NCBI GenBank assembly: GCA_964016885.1
Contig: OZ024740.1
Location: 368,032,001-368,096,000, forward strand
From: Eledone cirrhosa
Lineage: Eukaryota
DNA: 64,000 bases
Reading direction: 5' to 3'
Part shown: in pieces, positions 38,696 through 54,665 of the stretch
Layout of the letters: each line of letters starts with the position of its first letter
How positions within the stretch are numbered: position 1 is the stretch's first letter
Program-made: the position numbers and the translations under genes
The notes under the pieces: model-generated
Database searches by the model: none
Told to the model about the DNA's origin: nothing
Seen by the model: only the letters and a program-made list of their open reading frames with translations

Positions 38696-41578
38696 TGTTA
38701 CATGAATAATTTATTCATTATAATTATTTCAACGGTTCTCTCATGTAATCAAGATGTAATTCATGCACTTGTTGTTTTGAGAACGGTCTTTTCAGACGAA
38801 AACGATTCCATGATATGCCGCCGGCAAGAAAAACACATCCTTCTGCTCGTGTTTCCGGCAGACATATGCATTTCTAAAAGGGTCTCCCAGCCGTCGGGTT
38901 TTCTGGAGTAAAGTGCTATCTATGTGTCAATTAGCGAAAGCAGGACTCACGCACCCCCCACGGAATTAGGGTCGTAAATTATCAAAAGGATAACCCTTCG
39001 ATCGTGTTGTGTTGACCTGTACCAAACGATAGTCTACGCGTAGGTAGATTTCAGCAGACGACAACAACAGCAACACCGACCCATCGCCCACATTGGCAGT
39101 TGCAGTGGTAGTGATATTAGTACCGATCTAATATATATATATATATATATATATATTCTCAGCTCATATAATGCATATAATGAAGAAATAAAGAATGTGA
39201 CAGTTGACCGTAGATTTTCTCCGACTACACAGATTGCTTCAAAGGTAATACGATGTATTATATTACAAATGATACAGACAATAGATTATTTCATAGGTTC
39301 CATTTGACTTATTTGGAAACATGTAAATATATGTTTCAAATAGTCACATGTTCGGCATATTTCTGTTATTATTTGAATGATATATAACTTCATCGTCCCT
39401 GAAAGGATGAAAACCTATATGGTTTCAAACTTAGAATGTAAAGAGCCATAACACATTTTGCAATGGAATTTTATCCGACGTCCTACTAATTGTGACAATC
39501 CCCTTCAGGATACATATAAGTACTGTTTAATACATATATGCTTGCCTGATTTGGTTTCGATAATATCATATATTCTTTGCTGAAGACATGCATATTAAAA
39601 TTCTGATATTTGTGCTTTCAAAGCTCTTTTAAAATAGATGCCTGCTATCGATAAGCTGTCTTTCTCATTATTGCTCTGGCTAAAACTATGGCACTGTTGA
39701 TACATTCTAGCTCAAATTTGTTCTATTCGTGTATCAGTAGGGTTAACATCAATTTATAAACATTGAAGTCAATAACATATTTCTGGAGTATCAATAAAAT
39801 ATAAAAATGTACTGAGCTTGCATATAATTTCTGTTGCTGTTATTTACTAGAGGTTGTTAACGACATCTCCATATAATCACTTGAGAATAAAAGGTAACCA
39901 AATGACATCATTAATAAATGTTCGTTATTTAGAATGTGTTCATCTGCGATATATTTGTATTAATATATGATTGTTTATACTTTATACATTTCAAATTCAG
40001 TTATATTTCATTACTTTCCTTTCGAATGAGAAATACCATTTCTCATTAAAATTACGTGCACTTTTTTGAAAAATAAAAATATATTTCCACACAATACATT
40101 TTATTAGTATAACTTTGATTTTTTGATTTTCTTTTTGTAAAACATCTAATTTTTATTGCGAATCAAGCTAAAAAATAGTTAAATATTTCACAACAAAGGG
40201 GAACAAATACTATTCCAATAAAATGAATGTTCTGCGAGTAAAGAAATATTAATTGCCAAATCATTCTTTAAAAGAAACAATCAAAACATTAATAAATATA
40301 TTACTGGCTAAATGGGAGAAAATATTTTCCAACCATTGTTTCAATATTTGCATACAGGAATACTAAAACCCTATGTTAACCTAATGATCGGAATGTTTTT
40401 AATTTTCTTCTTCAATCTCATGTGAGACAAAGAATATATTCCACAAGGACGAAACCTTTTACCGACTAGACATTTTATATTTTAATTGATATAATCTCAT
40501 GAGAATATATTATAGGTATTATATTTTAGAAAATAATGTTATCCGTAGAATTATATTAGACCCAATGCACACCAGCTCTTTATGAGAGAATCAGAATCGT
40601 TCATTCTAAAAGCAGTATTGTCTGAGAAAGAAACAATATAATATATAAATATATTAAATAATTATTGTTATTGTTATAAGGCGTAATTAACCCAGGTTTT
40701 ATTAGTAGCGTTATAGAAAATGTCTACAGTTGACAAAGCGACTACAAAGACACATTTGACTAATATATAATTCTAATATCCATCTCACATTGCAATTAAT
40801 ATATCATTGATTCTTTCACAATGTGAATATCTCTAAGCTGAAATAATATAGTATCAGAACGTTGTGACATCAATTAACCATATAATTTTATATGAAGGGA
40901 AATTGAATAGTAAAAAGATAATGCCTTTCTAGCATTCATGAGTCCTACAATTCATGGGTTCAGAAGTTAAATGAAGGGGAAAATGTTTTGAAATAGAGTT
41001 TAGTTAAGATTGAAGTAATGATATAAGCTGAAATTTAGTCTCCATAAACTATGGAAATATTTCTGTCTATTTTCATTCATTCCAATGCAATGGTTAGAAC
41101 GTAAATATAATGCACTGATATAGAACTATTTCACAAAATGATTCTTATTATTTAGTCAACATCTTAAGGCATCACATTTACTCACTTAGTTCAATCCAGA
41201 GCAATGTGATAGAGTTCACTTGGCTTCGAGTTTTTGACAAGATAACCCACATTAAAGAGCAAGTTATTAGAGCATTATAAACCAATATATTGGAAAGAAA
41301 TCTCATACAAATCATTCGTAAAGTAAGAATAATTTACATCTTGATTTACTGACTGGTAGAATTTATATTTAGCATGAATAATTTACTTATCGGAATAGCT
41401 ACGCTGTTAAGGTTACATAATTCTAAAATCTGGGTATTAGGAAATTGCATTGTCGACTTCGTGGCATTCATGATGAATTTGGATTGAATACATTATAGCA
41501 TAGGGCAGTGGTATACATCATAAAGCATTTCGTATTTAAATGCTGATAAAAGAAGCCTAAACCGTGCAAAATATTTAC

Positions 41579-41657
41579 CTGCTTCGATTCGTGGACCAGA
41601 TGATGCTTTATGTCCTTTGTCAAGACCCTTTATTTCACGTCGCTCCCGTTTACTCAA
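41579..41657 (-). CDS. Candidate host exon
   Basis: tttctacAG acceptor, CAG|GTAAAT donor, frame LSKRERREIKGLDKGHKASSGPRIEA. Confidence 0.35.
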
Positions 41658-41708
41658 CTGTAGAAATAAGTTGCGACATCATTGGTACCGAGTTGTATCA
41701 GACATTAC

Positions 41709-41845
41709 CTTTTCCTTGGATAACATTGGTGGCGTGGAGAGGAGAGACTGGTATGCATGGGCAATGCTGGTCTTCCACAAACAGCCTTGCCCGGACATGT
41801 GCCTCGGAGGGGGATCCTCCATCTCTTCAAGTAGTGACATAGTCA
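41709..41845 (-). CDS. Candidate host exon
   Basis: Open frame MSLLEEMEDPPPRH...MLSKEK ending at AAG|GTAATG; GC-richer than flanks. Confidence 0.3.
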
Positions 41846-44279
41846 CTGCTTTAAAACTCATAGCGAATGGTCTTCTAAATGTTTTTAATTAAACATACAG
41901 TATATTGCCAAATATAATATACATACTTATATATATATATGACCCTCCTAAAGTATGTTTGTATATGAGTGTGTGTATATTGTTCTCCTGAGAACATGAA
42001 ACTTCATATTGCAACGATATATAATATATAAGTAGTTTTTGTTTTGTCATTTGATGTTTTTATTTAAAGAATAATAAAGATCTTAAATATACATTTATAT
42101 CTTTAAATTTATATAGGGTATAAACATATTTTAAGGTCTAAAAATAAGGTGTAAAACATAAAATGTTTAGGGTTTATAAAAATTGCCCTACTTATTAGTT
42201 ATACCTGCAGTTATATTTAATAACATATCCATGTTTTAGGGATCATACGTTTACATGTAACAACGTTACACTGAATGAAAAAGAATTAGCGTCAGCATAG
42301 GTATAGAGCATGTGCCATATGATCTCACATTTCACATACCACTCATACGTACACAGTTGGTGAATTTTACCAGTATACCTGCAACATTGGTTTAATGACT
42401 GTTATGCACAGTGGTTACAACATAAAATCCACTGTTTAAGACTACTGCAACAATTCTGTACTCATCAGCTCGTGCAGCCAACAAACAAGTCATGCAGTTT
42501 ATTAAACGTACGCTGCTGCTACAGAACAATATTCATTTTACAAAGCGTAAACAAAAACACCCTTTATATGAAGCCATCCACAAATATCAACATTCTATAC
42601 ATGCTGTGATCATCTAAACATGAGGGATCGTATATAAATCGAGAGCTATATTCCTTATTCTACAAGTAGCTTCCGATAGTGGAAGAGTGGTTTAGCAGCG
42701 TGTTAATATGATACACATATGCATATTTTTGCAGACGGTCATGTACCCTACCATGTGTTTAAATATAAAAATATATATAAGCAATGTTGTGTGTAATTAG
42801 ATAATTACATGCATATAAATATCATATATGTACACATGCATTTAAGCATGAGTGAGAAAGCTGTCTACAGTTACATTGGGATAAACATCTCTAAACATAA
42901 CAGCCAATAGCCATTAGGTTTGACGACTTTAGTTTATCAAAAGATAAGTTATCCTGTGTCGTACGGATACAGCCAATTCATGCATCTGTCAGTACTTACA
43001 GCTTATATATGTCATTCATATGTTTGAATGATATACTTAAGCTGTAAGTACTGAAGGATACTGTATATGTTTTCCTTATGATCAAGATTTTCACAAGTAT
43101 CTAATAGATATAAATAACAGGGACATAAAAGTTTGATTTAGTATCGTATGAAGTGAAACATCATCATATCCATTCAACACACGGTTGCTATAGGATTGCA
43201 TATATTATAAATTAGATTAAAGTTTAATTTCTTGTAAATGTTCTCGGAGATGGATTTTATCATTTGTCCATGCAAACCCATTTTAATACTACGTATTAAA
43301 AGTCAATACATTCGTATTAACCAGCGTTGGTAACAAAGGTGGATTTTTATAACTTTAGATATTAACTGAAATTTATACCACAGGGATTTGATATATATCA
43401 AGATAACGATCAATTTAGCATAAAAGGTAGACTATTTGATGATGACAGAATACTCTAATTATTTCAGAGCAAACGTCAGATTACTTCATATTATCTAAAT
43501 ATGGGAGGTTCGGGAATATGATCAGCAAATACGCTTTAAAGACATGATTCTGATTCATTCACAAAATATCCTTTTATCGAGATATATTGTCATATTTCGT
43601 ATAATTGTAAAACGTGTAATGTTCATAGTTGTGACAAATATATTTACAAATTATTTGGTTTTAATTTGAAAGGTGCTGAAGAATGAACGGAATAATTAAC
43701 GCTAAGAAAATCTGCTTCTTCTCAAATCCAAAGATTTAACAAAATGTGAAATATATTTCATTCAAACTAAGCAGAAATTTGTCAGAATATTAAACTGGAG
43801 TGAAATGTATTATATGACTTATCTAGGGATCAGAGCAATGTGCGATTGTTCTATTGGAACGGTAAAATATTGATTTCAAAAAGAAAAAAATTAATCCCAT
43901 TGAAATATAGTCGTCAGTTAATCGGTAATTCTAAATTAAAAAAATGATAACGTTGTGTTATGATAATCATTCGACTTTTATTTCAATAACTCCCCTTAAC
44001 ACAATAAATGAATATTAATATATGGAGAGAAATATGAATCAACTCAGCATAAATATCGCATGCAAAGACACCATGATATAATAAAAGGAAGCCAGAAAAC
44101 ATTGGTGATGCGAAATTTCCTTAGGCACAAAATAATATGGATTCCTTGCAAGTATACTTTAAAAAAAATATTTTCTGCTGAATAATTATGTGTTATCAAA
44201 TGTAATCAGAAGATAGCACAAGCGTATAGCATCAGCAGTTGAATTAACAATACGAAAGTCTATAACAATTGTAAACAGC

Positions 44280-45200
44280 AGGCATGACCCTCATAAAGAT
44301 GAAGAATGTCTGGTGGACAGCTAAAGCTTCTTAAATGTCTGAAGGTGGTGTACGGTTTAATTCTATCCTCTGATGATGCAACCATATACACATACAAAGC
44401 TGAGACGCTCTTTCTATGAAAGGAATATATTGAAAATTTCATAAATGCGGAGTCAGGCGTAATTGAAGATGTAATATAATCTATTCTACAAAGGCCGGGG
44501 ATAGCCGAATTATAATTCAATCTACGACTGAATGGAAAACAAGCGGCTATCAATCAACTTCATAAATCCTGTTAAAGTGGGCCTTCTACCAGATATTTTC
44601 AAATATATTGGATAAGATAGAAATCTAGAACATCAATCATATACCTCAAGACTTCAGAGATGCATCGACAATCCATCTCTTCAAGACGAAATGTAATAAC
44701 ATCAGCCTGTGACAACTTCTGTGACATCTCTTTACTATGTATTGCTGGTAAGGTACTTACTCCTGTCATTCTCAACAGAATTACATTGGGATTGGTTCAT
44801 GATATCTACCTTGAAAACAAATCGGAATTCTGCACAGGTCGGGGTACAGTTGACTGGATATTCACCTTTCATCAGTTTACAGAAAAGAACCAGCGGATGT
44901 TTATTCTTTTTCGACTAATTGACCGAACCTTTGACAATATCCATCGCAAAGCTCTCTGAAAAGTCTTCAAAAAGCTTGTCATGCCTTACAGTATGTTGAG
45001 TGTCATCATGTCATTTCACGAAGGAATGAAAGCATAAAGTATGTCCAATGCCGAAGGTTCTGAACACATTGATGTCGCAAACGATATAAAGGAGGGTTTC
45101 GTCATGAATTCAGTTATTTTTGCTTTCTTCTCTTTAATGATCTCTAACGCGATTGGTGACTTCGACGCTCTCATTAGATTTATGGGAAGGTTCTGAAATA
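44280..45200 (+). mobile_element. Old RTE RT fragment
   Basis: CDNFCDISLLCIAGKVLTPVILNRI...GRGTVDWIF...FDNIHRKAL. Confidence 0.75.
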
Positions 45201-46064
45201 TATGAACTCCTTTACTTACCTTGGCAGCAAGGTCAACCACTTTGTATCCAAAGTAACTGACGCTTTTGCCAAAATACTTTTATCACTTCCATATTTATAA
45301 GCTTGATGTGTTTGCCAAACATTGTTTTCACTCTATTTCTGGTTATGCACTTCTGACACAGGCTCCAATGCAGCTGTGTTCTCAAGATCGACATATTTTC
45401 TTTATTCTATCTCGGTTTATGGCATTTATGTTCTGGACCATGTTCCCCCGGGTATGCTTTTGCGTTCCTCTCCGCGGGGCGCAGGCCCATTACCACGGCG
45501 CCCTAGGCCCAGAGCTCAATCGACCTCCCACCCCATCCCCTTTCCTCTACGACACTAGAACCATTGCCTTAACCATCCTTTTCTATTTCTTCTGAATTGA
45601 CCTTATTTTGCATTCCATTATTTCTCTATTAGATATGATGTTTACACATAAAAAAAACAAGGAAACTTACATATTATCTTTCATTTTCTTTTCTTATTAT
45701 TTTTGTTATTTATTTATTTACTTTGGTTTTGTTTTTACTTTGGTCATTTTCATTCGGAATCTTTATTTTAATACTTTGAATGTGTTTCTTTATTTCTTAT
45801 GGACATTTTAATATATTTTCACCTATGTTATGTTTTCTATTCATTTACTCTCTTATCTATTTGTTACCCTTTAATAATTACTGCTTGGAGGCGCAATAGA
45901 TTGTCAACATTCTACCACCTACACACAAGATCTTTCTGTACTAATAAATGATTCAGTAGCAGAGTCTAATCCATGCTTTATAATTGCCTTTTTTATCTTA
46001 TGATACCTTTGCTTCCGGTTTCCTCTTTCATTATTTCTGTCTCACGTTTTTGTTTCTTGTTTAT

Positions 46065-46245
46065 AATTGTTTCTACTTTAGGCACAAGGCCAGCAATAAA
46101 CCAGTGCATTACTGGTACTTTATTTTATCGACCCCGTAAGGATGAAAGGCAAAGTCAACCTCGGTGGGATTAGAAACTCAGATCGTATAGGGACGTAACT
46201 ATGCTGGAAAGCATGGCGTCCGACCCTCTAACGATACTGCCAACT
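46065..46245 (-). mobile_element. SINE
   Basis: Same family, full length. Confidence 0.9.
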
Positions 46246-46331
46246 TACTACATAGACTCCCTAATCTGACATGGATTACTAGAACTATATGGACGATTAA
46301 ATTGAATATATATATGCAAGTATGTATGTAT

Positions 46332-46490
46332 AATTGTTTCTACTTTTGGCACAAGGCCAGCAATTATTTTATCGACCCCGTAAGGATGAAAGGCAAAGTT
46401 AACCTCGGCGGGATTTGAACTCAGAATGGCAAACTCTATACGTCAAAGCATGGTGTCCGACCCACTACCGATACTGCCAATCCACTGCCA
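46332..46490 (-). mobile_element. SINE with internal deletions
   Basis: Same family. Confidence 0.88.
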
Positions 46491-48140
46491 ATGTATGTAT
46501 AATGTATGTTTGTATGTATGTATTATGTATGTATGTTCTTCTGGTTTTATAATTTCACATATTTTTGACAATAGAGAGTAAATATAAAAGGGAAATTGAG
46601 AAAAATCAATTTCCAAAAATAAAAATGGACTTTCAGTAAATAATATTACATTAAACTAAGTAATATGATTTTATATGCGCGTTAGTGATTGTGTGTGTGA
46701 GTGTTTAGAGGGGTGTTATTCAAAGTATGCATATATATAAATATACACATGAACACATGAATGAGCGCATACAAACAAACACACACACACACACACACAC
46801 GCACAAACACACACGCACATATATATATATATATATAGGTGTGTGTGTGTGTGTCTGTGTGTGTTTGAATATATATGTATACGCATTTATATATGTATTA
46901 ATATACATAAATATACATATGTACATACACACACACACACATATATATATATATATGCCAGTGTGTGTAAACATATGTATGTATATAATTATATACTTGC
47001 ATGTATATGTGTATTTGTGACTGTAATTGTGCACAGACTAGAAACCATATGTGCGTTCATGCTATCTGTGTAAAATCTTATGCAAATATACATCATTAAT
47101 CTATTGCATTAGATTATTTATGATGAAACTGTCCTCTTTATTGGATAAACTATTTATAATATTTATAAAGCGTTTAAAAATAAAATCACCGCATTTGTGG
47201 TTACTATTTTATTTGACACACAGCAATGTATTCTTCACTTCATCAATCGCGCTGCAGCCCAAATTACTGTAGCCATTTTAGATTTTACAATAATTCATAT
47301 ATTTACTCGTTTGTCTGCGACTACTTATATTTGTTTTTACGTATTCCCATATCAAACCAATATATTAATTTCATCCCCGTGTTTCAAATATAGCGTCAAT
47401 CAAATATTACACTTTATTGTTTGAAAAAGTTTTTGTAGCATCTTTAAATTAATATTTACTGTCAGTTAATTGGGTTTTCATATTAGAAAAAAAATTAAGT
47501 TATTTTGATCGGGATGAAATACCGTATGAAGCTATTAGATGGAGATTCTACTGATGCATGATCTAGCTGCTTTAATCTAGGATATTTTTAGCACTTTATC
47601 AAATAAGATAGAGATTTATTTATAATAAAGAATATTGTTCAGTAGAAAGGACAGTTTTAATTAATAAATGATGACACGTGAATTGATTCCAGCGATCTAT
47701 CATTCGTTATGTTTTTTTTGTTTTATTCATTAATGATTGTCACTAATTTTTAACATTTGATTGTACATAATAACCGAAACGCCTATTCACACACCAATTG
47801 TTTTTCCCAAGACAAAGTAAAGTCTATATTCATTAGTCTAAATGGAGATATTTTATAGTCAGTCGAATTGAAAATGGCCTCACCCTTGCTCATATAACTG
47901 TGGAAGTGTATGTTAATATATTCCAAAAGTAACATGGAAAGAATTGCAAGTACATGGATTATGGAGTATATATATGTTTTGTAATGGGTGGCTGCTATAT
48001 GTGCGTGCATTTGCTTTATAATGGGACACCAGTCCAGCAACTTGGATGGGTAAAATGTATGTTCCTTGGATATAAACATCATGACTTAAACTGTTTGTTT
48101 CCAACTGTCCTTTTTCCACCAACTGTTTGAAGCACCCACG

Positions 48141-48199
<59 letters not shown>

Positions 48200-49993
48200 G
48201 AAAGGATTACAAAGTTAAATAAAGACTGTTAGAATATATATATGTATATAGTTCTATAACAACCATGCACATATTTCCGTAAAGTAATTCTCTGGAAAAG
48301 TTTGATTTCCTCACACACACACATACACACATCATCATCACAAGCACTCACCCACACACGCACGCACACACACACACATTATCTCATCGGCACATCGAAG
48401 AAGCCGTTATTAGTGGATATATTTAACTCAGGTCGTCATTATTAAACAGGATATTTTTTCTTGAATAATACTAATCATTCTAACTCATCCATATAGGTGA
48501 AATTGCTAACGAAATCAATATTCCGTCATGATGTATTTTATGTTCATATATGTACTGTTAATGCAGTATTTTCCTGAAAGTTTACATGAAAAATTTACTT
48601 AAGCAAAACTTTTCCTGAGGCATAATTAAATGCAATAAGAGCTGCTCCGCCATAGGGACCTTAATACCAAAGTTCTATCAACCAGCCACGCTATCGAAGC
48701 TATGATACACCGTCAATTTCTATATTTGAGCGTAAATAGATCTAAGACAAAACAAAGTTATACAATCCAAAAAATAGCTCATAAACACCCTTATGACATC
48801 ATTCAATAGACACATACCTTCCATGGCAAGATAAAGTTTCACTCTACCGTCTAAGCCACGTCTCAATCCTCCCGGCAAAATAATCATCGACCTTCAGTAA
48901 TGCCCGCATACATGCAAATATATGTGTGCACATACATACAGCCATTTCTTCCGAAGAAGATGCTAACATATTATCACGTTTTTTTTTCTAGGTAGCTTCT
49001 TACATAATCTTGTAAACATAGTAAATGACAAAGAGAATTTGCCTGAATTAATGAATGTTGATATAGAAAAATGATGGCATACAAAGCAGTACCAGGCTAC
49101 ATGGAAGAACTTTGCCTAGAACGACTCTAGTTATTTTTTCTTCGGAGAGATTTTGTCTATATATATAATTAACTTTAGCAGCGTCACTCATCATTATCTT
49201 CTTTAAATTCATGTTTTCTATTTACAATATAAGTGTTGTTTCTCTGATCGATATCATATTTCATTATCACATTCGTTCGTTCTTTCTATTTATTATTTAT
49301 ATACTTTCTTTTCTTCTATTATTGCTCCTGTAACCCCTCCCAGCATTGACTAACGATTGGCGATGCCTTCTGCCATTAGCTTTTTTCTATTTGTTGCTTT
49401 GTTATTTTGGGTCATGCCCTTCACTCCTAATTCTGCTTCTTGTCCTCTTCATATTTCCCTTCTTTCAACCCAGACTGTGTTTTCATTTTCAAAACCCAAA
49501 TACACTTAAGAGATTCACCTTCTTTCTTGTGTTTTTCTTAATGGAAAATTTGATATGACAGAACCTGTATATGCGTATATGGCTCACGGCAATATTTTGT
49601 GTATTATAACATTTCAACGATTTTTTAGCTTATTTCACACATTCTTCATACATATGTACAGTTTCTTGTCTGGTAAAAGAGTTTGCTATTAAAGTTAACA
49701 AATACCAATCGTTGCATCTCATTAACACGTTTCTATTGCTTTCTTTTTCTACGTTATAAGTTGTAACAAAGCACTCGGGAGAGCTGGACAGCAGAAACTC
49801 TCCAGAGAAGAAACGCCCCTCAAGCAAGAGTTTCGTCTTTTAACTTCAATATCTACAGCACACGTTTACGTCTGATTGAATCTCTCTATCTCCATTTTAT
49901 AAACACACACACATATACTTTCTCTGCTTCTTTCACACATTCTTTTCCTTTATATATATAAATCTATAAACACACGCACACGCACACGCACGC

Positions 49994-50084
<91 letters not shown>

Positions 50085-50314
50085 CATATATATAAAATTA
50101 ACTTTATCCAATTTTTTCTTCTTAGTCCGTAGAAATCAACTAGATAAATAATCAATTAAACGGAGCTGAGCTTAAAATGTAACTATGAAATAATAACAGA
50201 TAAATAATACAGATATTCCTTTATGAGGAACAGCCAGATAAAATTTACCTAGTCTTTCCTCTTAGTCCGTAGGGGGGGGGGGCTGTTTTTTCCCCAATTA
50301 TCCACAACGTTTTC

Positions 50315-50500
50315 CGTACCTGGGATCGACAATAACCTCGAATCCTTCTCAAGGACCAGATATAAATTCAAGAATTGCAATGGCCACAAGGCTCATGTCC
50401 AAACTCCACAAGGGTGTGTGGTCAAACGTATTGATAAAACCAAGATGCATGTGTTCAGACCTTACGTTATATGAACCCTACTCTATTCTAGTGAAACCTG
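50315..50500 (+). mobile_element. Old RTE RT fragment
   Basis: YLGSTITSN...DINSRIAMA...VW...TLLYSSET. Confidence 0.7.
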
Positions 50501-51004
50501 TCCCATATATTCCGCCCGTATGTAGAGCGATATATATGATGGTATATAATTGACAAGTTGCTTTAGAATTAGCTCATCAGTTTTTATATTATTACTCTGA
50601 AGAAAAGATTTGTTTTCTAGGACGAAAACATTGAAAAAGCAGACATAAACACAGTACATATATAATCAAATATATAGATGGAAGAATTAGTTTTTAATCA
50701 TTTTAATTACTTTCACCTGTGTCAAGAGAGTTGTGCATCAAATCATTTGTTTGCACATCGCCATCTTCAGGGGATATCAAAAAACGTATTAACTAAAAGC
50801 AGAATATATCTGAAATATGGGATCGAAATTCAATACGTGTTGTTTAAATTCAATACGCATTCTTTTTCAATTCTCTGTAGATGAAGTGCAAAAAATATCT
50901 TTATATAATCTTGTATGCATAGCTCTTGTTTATACGAAATTTCACCTGACATTATACGAATAGAGAAACTCATACATACGAATGTGTGCGTATGTATACA
51001 TAAA

Positions 51005-51053
<49 letters not shown>

Positions 51054-51095
51054 TATATATATGTATATATATATATATGTATGTGTTTATATATA

Positions 51096-51129
<34 letters not shown>

Positions 51130-51219
51130 GTACATATATACATACATACAACTATGATAATACAATCACTGCATGTATGTGTGTGTGTGTGTGTGTGTGT
51201 GATTGTATTAATATATTTG

Positions 51220-51281
<62 letters not shown>

Positions 51282-51404
51282 TATATACAATCACACACAT
51301 ACATACACACATATTGATACACACACATACACATATATATATATATGTGTGGTGTGTGTGTGTGTGTATAAATATGTGTGTGTGTCTGTGTGTGATTGTA
51401 TTAA

Positions 51405-51464
<60 letters not shown>

Positions 51465-51592
51465 CAAATATATTAATACAATCACACACAGACACACACA
51501 CACATACACGCAGTGATTGTATTATCATATGTGTATGTATGTATATATATGCACTATATATATATCATATTTGTATGCATGTATATATGCAC

Positions 51593-51747
<155 letters not shown>

Positions 51748-52251
51748 GTATAAGTATGTATGTATGTATACGTGCATACATATATGTATACAGACGAACA
51801 GTAGTATGTATATATATACATACATGCACACATTTATCGTTTTCGGTGCGCGCGGCCGACTAAACTCACTCGATATGCATATTAGGCTGCTCAGCCGTTA
51901 ATATGCATATGGAAAATATATACTTTCAGACGTTCAACCATCTGGCAGGAAGGTATACGATGCTAACGATAGCTAATAAGCTTGAACCTAGTATATCGTT
52001 CCTGTGTCAGTATTGAACAAAAAGGTGACGTGGTTGCCTAAACACTGTACGGCGTAATTCGGGCTGTTTGTTTGTTTACAAACAAACCGAGCATTATAAT
52101 AAATGCATATGTATATGTGTGCATGTATGTATATATATATACATACTTCTGTACGTCTGTATACATATATGTATGTACGTATACATACATACATGCTTAC
52201 ATTTAAGTAACTGCCGTTCTAAGAGTGAGAAATGAAATTTCGTTTCATTCT

Positions 52252-52326
<75 letters not shown>

Positions 52327-53246
52327 GCATGTATGTATATAGGCATACATATGCACGTTTCTGTTTGATAAGCGATAAGTTAACACAACTTATCTTTCCT
52401 CCCTCAGTAATCTTGAAAGAAATCCTCTCATGTAAACGACTATATTTATAATATATATACATGTGCGTGCGTGTGTGTATGTGTGTGTGTGCACGCGCGC
52501 ATGTGTGTCTGTGTGTATGTGGGTGTATCTATGTGTTTCTCTGCGTGTTTCTGTGGGCGCGTAAATTTGTGTACGCCTATGTACATGATTATCTGCATTT
52601 CAACGGTTATATATATATTTTTTTAATTGCGTGTCTTTTGTCTTTTATGAGTTCATTATCTCGTGAATTTTCTTGAAACCATAATTTTAAAGGTATAATT
52701 ATATAGCTACAATTATCATTTATTTATAATGCAATTTATGTTTAATCATTTTTTTTTTTTGTCGATTATTACTCTTATATTTAGCGCGCTCAGAAGACGG
52801 CAAAAAGTGAAGTGAGATAATTCTGAATAGAATGGATCGATACTAACACCTTAAAATGATGCGAGACGCGAATTAAGACGAGGTATACGTTTGACGATTA
52901 CCAATGATTTCATGGAACGCGTCCCCATGAATGACTAGGGTCTTTGAATAAATAATTATCGTAGCATATATACAATGTATTTGTCAATATATTTAATATC
53001 CTATTAAAATGATTAAGACAACAGACACGAATTATTAGAAAAACAACTTATAAAATCTATTATGATTACGTAAATGAGAATAAAAGGCCTGTAAAATGTA
53101 TTCAAGTTGGATTCAAAAGAAGAATAGAAATTTATCTTCTTGCTACCTTCTCATTCTCTTTTGCTTCAATGGGGATTATGTTCAATATATTACACCATTA
53201 ACCTCATCAAACACGCAGACACACCCACACACGCAATCATATATAC

Positions 53247-53470
53247 ATGGACACACTAGAAGAGGAAGACCAGGTTAACGTATGTCGATGCCCTAAGGAC
53301 AGACACTGGTCTGTTGGAGACGCAGGACATGGCAGCGATAATGAGGAACAGAGACCGCTGGAGAGAAATCGTCCATGGATCTCGGGAATTTTTCCCGCCT
53401 TAGATATATATATATATATCTAAGGCGGGAAAAATTCCCGAGATCCATGGATGAGATCTCTCCAGCGGTC

Positions 53471-53471
<1 letters not shown>
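53247..53471. mobile_element. RTE-like LINE 3' end plus a tail-to-tail inverted copy across (TA)n
   Basis: 53247-53403 is homologous to the reverse complement of 55312-55470; 53420-53471 is inverted. Confidence 0.85.
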
Positions 53472-53568
<97 letters not shown>

Positions 53569-54113
53569 TGTGTGCGTGTGTTTGTATTTATATATACACA
53601 TACATACACACACACATATATATATATATAGTTAAAGAAATGACAACACAAACACAGATGTAAACATACATAGACTTATTAACATCACGCTTAGGGCAAA
53701 GTGGAAGAGAGTTGGGCGCTTGTAACGTAAGACCTTCTTCAAGAAATAGAAAGTTCGGAAATAGAGAAAGAAAATGTTAGAACAACTGAGCCTCAAGACG
53801 TTGGGGTTATAGGCGAGTGTTTCATCATTCAGAAGTTGGGGATGAGGTCGAGAAACCAGTTGTATTATGATTGTGGATATATATGTTCCGATAAGTTGTA
53901 TTGAGTGTCTGAAAATTCGTTTGTTTTTCTGTTTTTTTCTTTTGGCTTTTTTGTATGTGCATGTGTGCAGTATATATGTATGTATATATATACACACAAA
54001 CACCCCCCACACACACATATATATATATATATAGATATATATATATATATATATGTATGTATATATATATATATATACGTATGTATATCTATCTATCTAT
54101 ATATATATATATA

Positions 54114-54665
54114 TAGTAATATTAATAAACTTGAAGACTAAAATCCAAAGAGGGTTCGATAAGAATAAATATATATCAAATATATAAGAACCGCAGAGCA
54201 AATATTTATTAAAATAACAGATTAAAGTTTAAACAAAGAATCGCTGCTTTCACCCTTAACGGGATCTTCTGAAACTAACAAAGTCACTCTGTAAATGCAG
54301 AAGTGGATGTTTCAAAAAACGTTGCAGCCGGAGGAAGACAGGAAGACGATACTTTGGTTCGTGTACACGTTCCCTGGCAAAGAACGGGGAAAAAAGAATA
54401 TAATACGTCATTAATAGGAGCGGTGAAAAACAATTACGCGCAAAGACAGAACCACGTTTATGGTATTATATTCGTTTTTTCCCGTTCTTTGCCAGGGAAC
54501 GTTTCCACGAACCAATGTATCGTCTTCCTGTCTTACTCCGGCTGCAACGTTTTTTGAAATATCCACTTCTGCGTTTACAGATTGACTTTGTTAGTTTCAG
54601 AAGATCCCGTTAAGGGTGAAAGCAGCCATTCTTTGCTTAAACTTTAATCTGTTATTTTAATAAAT
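54114..54665. mobile_element. Family A non-coding foldback (long end left, short end right)
   Basis: HHRs at 54226-54276 (-) and 54593-54643 (+); junction near 54463. Confidence 0.92.

Noticed and set aside
42989-43054. Small hairpin tcagtacttacagctta...taagctgtaagtactga as a pre-miRNA
   Set aside because: Single copy with no supporting evidence; equally consistent with a MITE remnant
49720-49860. Possible exon in a GC-richer patch
   Set aside because: No consistent acceptor-donor pair with an open frame
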